Assembly: GCA_963707345.1 (NCBI GenBank)
Contig: CAVPPE010000003.1
Location: 512,072-576,071, forward strand
Length of the DNA: 64,000 nucleotides
Reading direction: 5' to 3'
Source of the DNA: an uncultured Chloroflexia bacterium
Lineage (GTDB): Bacteria > Chloroflexota > Anaerolineae > Promineifilales > UBA4811
This document shows, piece after piece, positions 57,101 to 64,000 of this stretch (its first letter is position 1; the number at the start of each line of letters is the position of its first letter). The notes under the pieces were generated by a model, which searched no databases, was not told the origin of the DNA, and was given only the letters and a program-made list of their open reading frames with translations. Position numbers and translations under genes: made by a program.

Positions 57101-58289
57101 CACCCTCGTCGGCCGTGGTGTCCTCCGCCCACGTGATTATTGCCAGCCTGCAAAAGTGGTGTTCCACCCCTTGCGGCGGGGCGGCGCTCAACTCGTCGAT
57201 CTTGCCGGTCGCGGTGCGGGCGGCAAAGGTCCAATAATCGCCAGGCTGGAAATCCGCACCAGAGAACGCGATCTGGACCCCATCCTCCAGCAGAATCGGC
57301 CCGGCCGCGACGGGAATGACGTCGCTGCCCTGATCCCAGCGCCGCACCCTGGCCCCGGTCCCGGCCGTCACCGCCCGGTCCAGCGTCAGGACGCGCTGGG
57401 CCGCGTCGACCTGGTTGATCTTTGCCATCGTTCCGGGCCGCAGCCAGAGGTCGTCAGCCTCATCCAGCACCTCCACCCAGTCGCCCGGCTGCAAGGCCAG
57501 CACCTGGTCCCGGCCGAGCTGCTTGAGCTGCACCTTGGTGGGTTCGGCCGGGAGCATGTCCTCCACGGCATAGACCACCGCGCCATTGTCGCGCGACCAT
57601 TTAAAGGTGGCAGCCCCCATCCCATCGCCATCGTGGATCTCCACCCGGTAGAGTCGGTTTTCCAGCCCACGGTAGCCACCGCCGGCCGGGATCAGGCACG
57701 GATCGGCTGCACCGGGGTCGATCAGCACGCTGGTGGTGAGCTTGCCGCGCTGATCGAGCGGCGGCACCGGCGGCCAGGGGTCAAACTCGCCCTCGCAGTC
57801 GGTCTCCTCCACCCCCGGCCGGACGCGCACCTGCCACACCGTTTGCAGGCGGGTGGTGGTGTCCGCGCCGCCCAGCGCCGGCTCCAGCAGTTCCGGATCC
57901 TCTACGGCCGTCACGTGCCGCTGCCAGATGTCCAGATAGACCAGGTCGACCCGGCCGTCCTGCGGGTTCAACGCCGGCGGGTTTGGTAGGTCGGGTTGGC
58001 TGGCATAGCTGTCCCCCTCAGCCACGCAAACGATGCCGCCAGCGTACAGCCGGCCGTCGGTCAGCGTCAGGTCGTCCCCGGCTGGGGTGGGGGTCACCCC
58101 AAAACCGGCATCGAACTTGGGCACGCCGCACTGGCCGATGACGTCGGTGGCGCGGGTCTCATCCAGGTATGCCTGGATGGCGGCCGACTCGTTCCAGTCA
58201 GCGTCCAGGTCCACCCGGCCCTGCTGCTTCAGCACGCGGGCGAATGGCTTCTTTGGGTCAAAGGTAAAACGTGTGAAATCCCCTTTCAT
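54189..58289 (-). CDS. 1366-aa multidomain protein in the tail-fibre slot of a phage-tail-like locus
   Basis: Uninterrupted 4.1-kb ORF, 13 nt downstream of the gpI-like gene. N-terminus FDPKKPFARVLKQQGRVDLDADWNE...GYRGLENRLYRVEIHDG. Propeller-like strands (IAVDPNGERVYFLNGVSRTITVV). DCFCHHLLVNCPECG. C-terminal heptads. See findings. Confidence 0.8.
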   Translation of the reverse strand: MKGDFTRFTFDPKKPFARVLKQQGRVDLDADWNESAAIQAYLDETRATDVIGQCGVPKFDAGFGVTPTPAGDDLTLTDGRLYAGGIVCVAEGDSYASQPDLPNPPALNPQDGRVDLVYLDIWQRHVTAVEDPELLEPALGGADTTTRLQTVWQVRVRPGVEETDCEGEFDPWPPVPPLDQRGKLTTSVLIDPGAADPCLIPAGGGYRGLENRLYRVEIHDGDGMGAATFKWSRDNGAVVYAVEDMLPAEPTKVQLKQLGRDQVLALQPGDWVEVLDEADDLWLRPGTMAKINQVDAAQRVLTLDRAVTAGTGARVRRWDQGSDVIPVAAGPILLEDGVQIAFSGADFQPGDYWTFAARTATGKIDELSAAPPQGVEHHFCRLAIITWAEDTTADEGEEWADSTVEDCRPHFPPLTKICAEDVCYDDSNCDAVNATTVQEALDQLCALRDLSHHNKHLHGWGVVCGLQVECEDDPEVVSDRVTVIVRPGYALDCEGRDLVLDENLSVPVLELVQAWEAAHPNQPLLKEKDGKRYGEFSLVIELDANGQPQVDVRPYTPNKNPLEQWLKGSILADFYRDCIAEPFKELIELLTGAAADDDEGGLVSARWKQLITLVNLLVQFPYPLFGKHVYLSDKEDDILRRLYFQLRDVLQSKTFCAMFDDAPQFPDYPFEDIEMSTIFGLSPHTRLRIHPSGAAGYAVGYDDEIHVFDLRKEELVKIVEMPGGEGLVVQDVAFSADGEQLYAIGSVNNENTVFAAAEIQDGEYRWRPVTILCDVVLKTLARPGKFKDRLLAVGRGEESGLFLISKLNDSQPTIKLVTPFKAAGHLVLADDVQRAFASAASANAPAGVEFDQVLEIDWSNFTVTFTYQLPSLGAQTTGRDDIAVVPFGDAIKLYAVASVAGSEDRKLCIFPWHQANPSATLDMPDTQIRLAHVPGSEYLIATAADWFLAGLVEVANDTVVPVLPGDLPPFVLPLQIGPMGIAVDPNGERVYFLNGVSRTITVVSADYLQPTATADPIPGNQAFYDALVDYRAKVFAAFVALIGGLVQYLKDCFCHHLLVNCPECGEEDEVYLAAVQVRDEEVFKVCNFSQRQYVKSFPTMGYWLSFLPITPLVDWAVEQVCCMVFPNLLAGFVQKRTQAQAAAMPKATQLNVGLAAVQSGLLQRKLAETVSTVKLAQNVTGDWLGGQVGQLLFRPQEKAEAQKNEVVDQPLEKALENAEDANATIERVEKYDPSLGLKNLQAVGRMPATFAAGDRLVLYEQDGVVRYFVRAEDAPKSAEVVRVETEAQQAAAAKVEALGTSLEEMKTTLAQKDQELVALRGQLQTLEQKQATLEAAPPKVAKLETELKELRTFKKDVQDFMTRMGG

Positions 58290-58302
58290 CGTTGCCTCCT
58301 GG

Positions 58303-60390
58303 TCACGTCACGTAAATGATCCCTGGCTCCAGGCCAAAGGGCAGGTACTCTTCCAATCGGATGCGCAAATTAGTCTCCCGCTGCGGCTGCATCAGGCTGC
58401 AAAACGCGCCCATCTCCGAGCCATCGGCCGCGCCGGTGCGAATCTCGTCCGGGCAATCGTGCCCCAACTGGCCGTAGCCCGGATCGCCGTAGTGGGTAGA
58501 AGTATAGCTGGGGCGCAGGCAGGCCAGGATGGCAGTGTGCTGGGCGGCCGGGGCCTTGTCCAGCGCCAGGTCTGGCTGGCAGCGGTAGCGGCGCGGAGTG
58601 GTGGAGCCGTCCGGCACAAAGCTTAAGCGGACGCAGCCGTTTTGCCGGCGGGCCGCCCGGACTTGACCGTCGAAAATGCACTCGGATGCGGTCAGCTCTT
58701 TGACGTACACTTCGCCCCAAAAGGTGGAGCGTTCGGCCGTGGTGGGAGGCCCCGGCCGGGTGGCCTCGTCGTTGGCGGCGATGGCCGGCTGCGGCAGATG
58801 GCCCACCGGCAAACCCTGCACCATGCTGTCGCGGATGGTCAAACTCTCACAGTCGGCCGGCAAGCGCAGCGGGCCGGTGATGCTCTTGTCAATGGTTACT
58901 GCCAGGTCGGCCGAGCGGCTGCCCACCAGCGTCAGGCTGTCCAGGTCCGGGAAGCGGGGCCGCCCATCTTCACGCAACAGCCGGCCGGGCACTAGCGTGC
59001 AGTGCGCCAGAGTCAGCTTCAGGTCGCCCTTCAGCCGCAGCGCCCCGCCGATCAGCAATCCGTTGAGCGTCAATTCGGCATCGCCGGCCGGCGCGCTGAG
59101 CACCGGCTGACCCACCGGCAGCACCACCGGCCGGAAGCCGTTCTTGGCCTCGATGACCAGCTTGCCATCGGCCGGCAACTGGATGTTGAACAGCCCCCCG
59201 TAAACGCCATTGTCCACAATCTGGATGACGGCTGGCGCCTTGCTGTGGGTCACCTCCCACTCATTCAGCCCATCCTGCAGCGTGCGATTGGGCAACTGCT
59301 TGCCAACCTGGATGAGCACCAGCCCGCGCCGCCCGGCCGCCAGCGATTCCTTTCGGTCGTACGGGCCGCCGCCCATCTCGGCGCTAAAGCCGTAGGTCAT
59401 GTCCACCGTCACTGCGCGCGGGGCGATGCCGGCCGGAAAAGCGATCCGGCCGTGGCGCACATCCACCGCCACCTTGCCGGCCGGGGGGTCTCCCCAGGTG
59501 GAGAGGTCCTGGCAGACAATCTCGGAGAGCGGGACCAGGTCCAGTGGGTCGGCCGTGGGGCCGCGGTAGATAGCCAGGCTTTTGCCCGGCCCGTAGAAAT
59601 CGGCCGGCCGGAAGTAAAAGGCGGCCGGGCGGATCGGGCCGGGGACGTGCAACTCGGTCGCCAACTGGTCGGCGGCCGCCTCCCGCTCCGGGTTGGTAAA
59701 GAGCGGGGCGGGGTTGCCCAGCGGGCTAAAATAAAAGCCACGCGAGAAGCTGCCAGAGCGCCGCGCCGGAACCCCCGTCATGGGGAACTGGCTTAACCGC
59801 CAGAGGAAAAAGTTGATCTTGCGGATGTTGTGCCGGCCGACCCGCTGATCGGCCGGGCGCACATCCACTGTGTGGCAAAGGGTGTCAAACGGCCCATCCA
59901 GCCGGTCCGCGGCGTCCATCTCCCGCAGGTTGACCGTTCCCACCCGGCCGATGGCGTGTGGGAAGCGATGGTCCGGGTTGGCCGCCGTTGTGTAGCGCAA
60001 ATGGTTGACGTTCTGGGTCCAGCCTAGGTTCTCAAAGGCCGCCACCGCGTGCGCACCCCAGTTGGTCACGTCGCGGGCCAGCTCTTCCAGCATGGGCAGC
60101 ACCCCCTTGCGCCGCCGGTAAGAGATGGTCTTGGCGACATCGGCGCGGCGCCCCTGGATGATCTCGTAGAGCGGATTGTTGCCCACCAGATCGCCGATGT
60201 AGGGGATCACCCAATCTGCACAGGTCTCAATAAACAGATCGTCCCACAGGCCGTCAACGTCCCGCTTGAGGATGTCCACCTGCTCCGCGACAATTTCCAG
60301 CAGCGCACGGAGTGGATAGCCTTGCTCGGCGTCGCGCATACGGTAGACGGCCGGGAGCAACTGATACAGGTCCACAGCTTTATCGCTCAT
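58303..60390 (-). CDS. Phage-tail-like baseplate protein (P2 gpI / Afp12 / gp7-position, TIGR02242-like N-terminus)
   Basis: LYQLLPAVYRMRDAEQGYPLRALLEIVAEQVDIL...ETCADWVIPYIGDLVGN. ATGA overlap with the upstream gpJ-like gene. Confidence 0.8.
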   Translation of the reverse strand: MSDKAVDLYQLLPAVYRMRDAEQGYPLRALLEIVAEQVDILKRDVDGLWDDLFIETCADWVIPYIGDLVGNNPLYEIIQGRRADVAKTISYRRRKGVLPMLEELARDVTNWGAHAVAAFENLGWTQNVNHLRYTTAANPDHRFPHAIGRVGTVNLREMDAADRLDGPFDTLCHTVDVRPADQRVGRHNIRKINFFLWRLSQFPMTGVPARRSGSFSRGFYFSPLGNPAPLFTNPEREAAADQLATELHVPGPIRPAAFYFRPADFYGPGKSLAIYRGPTADPLDLVPLSEIVCQDLSTWGDPPAGKVAVDVRHGRIAFPAGIAPRAVTVDMTYGFSAEMGGGPYDRKESLAAGRRGLVLIQVGKQLPNRTLQDGLNEWEVTHSKAPAVIQIVDNGVYGGLFNIQLPADGKLVIEAKNGFRPVVLPVGQPVLSAPAGDAELTLNGLLIGGALRLKGDLKLTLAHCTLVPGRLLREDGRPRFPDLDSLTLVGSRSADLAVTIDKSITGPLRLPADCESLTIRDSMVQGLPVGHLPQPAIAANDEATRPGPPTTAERSTFWGEVYVKELTASECIFDGQVRAARRQNGCVRLSFVPDGSTTPRRYRCQPDLALDKAPAAQHTAILACLRPSYTSTHYGDPGYGQLGHDCPDEIRTGAADGSEMGAFCSLMQPQRETNLRIRLEEYLPFGLEPGIIYVT

Positions 60391-63071
60391 GTTTCACCTG
60401 TCAGTCCAAGTGTGATGGTGATATCGGCCGCGGCCAGTGTCGCCAGTTCGTCAAGCCAGATGGCCAGGTGGGCTTGCACCGGGTCGACCGTCGCGCCGTG
60501 GCTGGCTCGATCGGCCGGGCTCTTGAATTGCAGCCGATTCACTTCCACCGCCTCCACCCCCTCCACCTCCTGCACCACGCGGTACACGTCGCTCAGGTGG
60601 ATGGGTTGGCCCAGGTTCAGGTTGTCAAAATCAAAATAATCAGCCAGAGTCGATTGGGCGGCCGCTTGCACCGTCTCGGTCTGGTAACTGGCATCCAGCT
60701 TGATGGCCGCCTCAATTTGCAGCGCGACCGGGTGGTAATCGCTCACGATCAGCTTGCGGTTGGGGTCGCGCCGGCTGTCCAGGTCGGCGACCAGGTTTTT
60801 GTGCGTATCGCCGCCCGGCTCGACCGGCGCGCCGTCGTCACCCGCTACAGTGAGCAGCACAACCTGCTCCATGCCATCCCACTGCCAGCTAGCGCGTGCC
60901 TTGGCGATGCCGGCATAGGCGCGAGCCGCATCCTCAAAGTCGCGCAGGGAGACCACCCGCTCAAAGGTGCGGACGGTGTTGGGGGCGTTGGTGCGGGCCT
61001 GTGCCAGGCTCTCCGGTTCGGCACCCCCGGCCGCCGCGGCCGGGTTGGTGGCCGATTTGAGGCCAGTGGGTTTGTCCAATAGGGTGGTCAGCACCCCGGC
61101 CGTGATGTTGCCATCCTGCCCGATCCCTTGCCGGTAGTTGCCGATGACGTTGTTGCGGCCGGTGGGCAAACGCGCCCCGGTGGTCCCGTCGCCAAACTGG
61201 ATGGTCATCTCGCCCTCGTCGTCGACACGGGTCACAAAGACCCGCTCGTCGGCCGGCCGGCCGTAGAGCGAATCCCGCTCCTGCCATTTGACGCCGTCCA
61301 CCCGTATCTGTAGAGTGTTTGCCGCGCCGTTCTTGGCCCCCGCCTGGGGGACAAAGGTGACCGGCGACTTTTTGAGCGCAAACGACTGGAGTCCCTGGCT
61401 GGCGTCGCCGCTACCCAACACTTCGTCTGCTACGGTTTCGCCGTGGGTGACGAGCACCACGTTGGCCCGGCCGGTGGCCGTGGCGCTGACCAGCGAATCC
61501 TGCAGCGCGTCCGCCAGCGTAATCTTGAGGTGGTCTCCTTCTACCGCGATGCTGCTGATTTTGCTGGCCTGCGCCCGGCCGGCCCCATCCTCCAAAATGA
61601 TCCGCCGGCCGGAGACCAGATACTGGGCGCGTTCGGCCGCGGTCAACCCCAACTCGGACAGGGGCACATAGACTGCATTGCCGCTGATGGTGGGGCCGTA
61701 TTGGGATTGCCACAATGAGATAGGAGGGCCTTCCAGTTCGTAGACCACGGCCGAGCGCACGTCGATGCCGATGGGTAGTTGCGGCGACACGGCGACCCGC
61801 GTGACGGTGGCTTGCATGACGGGCGGTCCGGTCCCGCTGGTGGGGATCTGTGCGGCAACCTGCTCGACGGCGGTCACCGTCACGGTTTGGACCACCGCGC
61901 CGTTTCTGAGCTTGCCGGCCACCAGCAGCTCGGTGTTCTCTTTCAAATCGTCGTACACACCATCCAGTTGTAGCAAGGCGTAACCGGCCGTGTACGGATC
62001 AAAGCTCTTTTCCTGCCAGAGCACGTTGTTGTGGCTATCCACGCTGACGGAAAAGAACTTAGCCGGGGCGTTGTGACCAAAAAGGCGGAACTTGCGCGTC
62101 CATTTGTGGATCTTGGCTCCGGCCGAAAAGCTGCAGCGCACGGCCGGTTCCCAGGTGATCTCCTGCCGCCAGTCCACTTGCTGGATGTCCGCTACTTCTT
62201 TGTCCTCCACATGGACCGGGTTATCGCAGCCGGTGTAAACCGGTGTGATTTCAATTCCAGGTATGGGCGCTTTCTCTGCCTTTTCCAGTAAATCATCTTC
62301 CATCTCGGCCAGCAGTTCCTGAATGCGGTGCCGGGCTTCCTTTACCTGCTTGCTCACATGGTCAGCCATCTCACCCAGGCCCAGGTCAACGGTGGGGCCT
62401 GCCATGGCCTGAACAAGAACGGGCTGGTAGATGACGATCTTTTCCCCGGCCGCCAGGTAGCTGATGTCCCCCAGCGCGGTGGCTACGGTTCGCCCGGCCG
62501 CCAGTGGCGTATCGGCAGTAGGCTGGGGGTAGACGCGGAAGTGGTTGAGCGGCGGTATGACTGTCAGCGTCTCAACCGTCTCGAATTTCTGCGGTTTCTC
62601 GTCTTGCCCCGGCACGCTCTGCGCCCGCAGGCCGATGGGAATCACCACCGTTTTTCCCTTGTCCACGGTAAAGGCCAGTTGAGTGGTGGCGGCCATGCCG
62701 TTGGCCGGCCGGTAGTCGAGCAGCGCTGCCAACCGCAACACCGACTCGCGGTGCACCGCTGTGCGCAAGTACGCCTCGTTGGCAATCCGTTCCTGGTAAA
62801 AGGTCAGGATATCGGCCAGGTAAGCCCACATCTCCAACAAGGCAATACCAAAATCGTCACTCTGGCGGGAGGTCCAGTCGTTCAGCGGCCGGATAGGTTT
62901 GTGCCCTTGCTCCGGCGTGATTTTGGTCCCGGCGATCGCTTGCAGCATCGCCTGGCGGAAGGTGGGGTAGCTGCCCACCCGGTAGACGACGGCCGAAAGG
63001 CCCGGCCGGTTATCCATGCATTCGGGCGTCGGGGGAACCGGCGCCTGGCAACAGCCACACGAGTCGCTCAT
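60387..63071 (-). CDS. Baseplate J (gpJ/gp6/Afp11)-like putative baseplate assembly protein
   Basis: N-terminus MSDSCGCCQAPVPPTPECMDNRPGLSAVVYRVGSYPTFRQAML. gpJ-type motifs NYRQGIGQDGN and GGAEPESLAQARTNAPNTVRTFERVVSLRDFE. Confidence 0.85.
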   Translation of the reverse strand: MSDSCGCCQAPVPPTPECMDNRPGLSAVVYRVGSYPTFRQAMLQAIAGTKITPEQGHKPIRPLNDWTSRQSDDFGIALLEMWAYLADILTFYQERIANEAYLRTAVHRESVLRLAALLDYRPANGMAATTQLAFTVDKGKTVVIPIGLRAQSVPGQDEKPQKFETVETLTVIPPLNHFRVYPQPTADTPLAAGRTVATALGDISYLAAGEKIVIYQPVLVQAMAGPTVDLGLGEMADHVSKQVKEARHRIQELLAEMEDDLLEKAEKAPIPGIEITPVYTGCDNPVHVEDKEVADIQQVDWRQEITWEPAVRCSFSAGAKIHKWTRKFRLFGHNAPAKFFSVSVDSHNNVLWQEKSFDPYTAGYALLQLDGVYDDLKENTELLVAGKLRNGAVVQTVTVTAVEQVAAQIPTSGTGPPVMQATVTRVAVSPQLPIGIDVRSAVVYELEGPPISLWQSQYGPTISGNAVYVPLSELGLTAAERAQYLVSGRRIILEDGAGRAQASKISSIAVEGDHLKITLADALQDSLVSATATGRANVVLVTHGETVADEVLGSGDASQGLQSFALKKSPVTFVPQAGAKNGAANTLQIRVDGVKWQERDSLYGRPADERVFVTRVDDEGEMTIQFGDGTTGARLPTGRNNVIGNYRQGIGQDGNITAGVLTTLLDKPTGLKSATNPAAAAGGAEPESLAQARTNAPNTVRTFERVVSLRDFEDAARAYAGIAKARASWQWDGMEQVVLLTVAGDDGAPVEPGGDTHKNLVADLDSRRDPNRKLIVSDYHPVALQIEAAIKLDASYQTETVQAAAQSTLADYFDFDNLNLGQPIHLSDVYRVVQEVEGVEAVEVNRLQFKSPADRASHGATVDPVQAHLAIWLDELATLAAADITITLGLTGET

Positions 63072-64000
63072 TTTCCACCTAGCATGTTCAGGCGCAGCAC
63101 GCCGTGTTCCTGAAAATTGGGGTCGTTATCCAGCCGCGCCACCTCCAGGCGACCCAGCGGGATGTACCCCTGATCCAATTCGCTATTGGCCGCCTTGCCA
63201 AACCGTTGAAATAGCTTCACCTCGGCCGAATCTACCCCTTCCACCGCCTCCACGGCCGCATACAGCTTGCTCAAATATACCGACTGCCCAAAGGTCCACT
63301 GGTCGGGGTGGAAAAAGCCACCCGGCCGGTTGCTGAGCGCCTTGAGAACTGCCTGTTGGACGTGAGCCCGGAAATGGGTCGGCGCCACGCAGACGTCGAT
63401 CTCGATCTCTAGCGACACATAAGTTGGCGGGTCGATCTCCAAATCGTAGCCGGCCTGAGTAAAGCGGCGCACCCAGGCCTTGATTCGCTCCTGCAACGCC
63501 GCGGGCAGATCGGCCCGGCCGACCGGGTCCACGGTGATAAAGACGGTGTGCCAACTCCCGGTCCAGCGAAAGGTGGCCACCGCTTTGGAGACATCAGGGT
63601 GTTTTCCGGCCGCCCGGGCGTAATCCGCCTCGGTGACCGCTCGCAACTGCTCAGCGTGGAAGGCGGCCGGGGCCAGTTGTTTTGCCTGCTCGATGGGCTC
63701 CGGATCGATTCCGCCCCAGGCCGGCAGCGGGTTGCGCACGGCCGTCACGTCGGGCCAGGCAAGTGCGGCCGCCGGCCGGATCAGATGACTGAGCGCTTCT
63801 GCCCCCACGTTGCCCGCGCTGCCCACCCCGACCCGGTAGTCCACTCTCACATTGGCCTTGTCGGGCGGGGCAGCACCGTATTCGTTGTCGCCAAAGCGGA
63901 GCAGCGGCCGGCCGTCGTTGTCGGTCTCGACCGCAACGTGGTGGGCAAAGTCATCGCTGTCCAACAAATGGAGCACCGGTTGCCAGTCATCGGCCGGGGA
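63068..64000 (-). CDS. Baseplate J-like protein (C-terminal part; 5' end beyond the window)
   Basis: The frame stays open to 64000. DYRVGVGSAGNVGAEAL and GGIDPEPIEQAKQLAPAAFHAEQLRAVTEADY are gpJ-type motifs. ATGA overlap with the downstream gene. Confidence 0.8.
   Translation of the reverse strand, partial: SPADDWQPVLHLLDSDDFAHHVAVETDNDGRPLLRFGDNEYGAAPPDKANVRVDYRVGVGSAGNVGAEALSHLIRPAAALAWPDVTAVRNPLPAWGGIDPEPIEQAKQLAPAAFHAEQLRAVTEADYARAAGKHPDVSKAVATFRWTGSWHTVFITVDPVGRADLPAALQERIKAWVRRFTQAGYDLEIDPPTYVSLEIEIDVCVAPTHFRAHVQQAVLKALSNRPGGFFHPDQWTFGQSVYLSKLYAAVEAVEGVDSAEVKLFQRFGKAANSELDQGYIPLGRLEVARLDNDPNFQEHGVLRLNMLGGK

Noticed and set aside
1-64000. CRISPR arrays, tandem repeats, IS elements, integrases
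   Set aside because: I scanned all intergenic gaps, the largest being 16147-16462, 39427-39747 and 44458-44770. I saw no direct-repeat/spacer periodicity, no terminal inverted repeats and no transposase- or integrase-like translations.
54189-64000. Interpreting the tail-like genes as an ordinary P2-like prophage
   Set aside because: The visible end abuts zwf-pgl with no attachment site, tRNA, integrase, lysis or fibre-assembly genes. The gpJ-like N-terminus (CxCC...NRPGL) and the large non-fibre terminal gene fit tail-like particle loci. CGGCCG enrichment in my two hand-counted blocks (3 and 11 per 600 nt) is comparable to the other sampled blocks. This cannot be fully excluded without sequence beyond 64000.

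Overview
Densely coding, GC-rich (by eye about 60-65% G+C) bacterial chromosomal window. It holds about 50 protein genes, one tRNA-Leu(UAA) and one cobalamin riboswitch. I saw no rRNA, CRISPR array, transposase or integrase. Left to right: (1) a 5xGAF-PP2C signalling phosphatase, envelope genes and dTDP-sugar genes (rmlA, rmlB). (2) A ~19-kb accessory-looking catabolic island (10.0-29.1 kb): IclR regulator, B12 riboswitch, corrinoid protein, four non-pyrrolysine MttB-family methyltransferase paralogues, a family-5-SBP ABC importer, and CBS, Fe-S, NUDIX, methylaspartate-ammonia-lyase-like and MmgE/PrpD-like genes. (3) A minus-strand array with a PfkB kinase/HAD set and two divergent SPFH membrane proteins plus a coiled-coil partner. 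(4) A MutY/NUDIX/DnaQ-WYL repair patch, then malQ. (5) A stand-alone nuoB-nuoCD-nuoI operon followed by a CxxC-less ApbC/Mrp, then zwf-pgl. (6) At 54.2-64.0 kb on the minus strand, running off the window, the distal end of a phage-tail-like contractile-injection baseplate operon that ends in a 1366-aa protein of unusual architecture. Three genes carry single-base homopolymer frameshifts. The palindromic hexamer CGGCCG is roughly 10-fold over-represented throughout, in all codon phases. All calls rest on reading the ORF translations and the DNA by eye; no searches were run.
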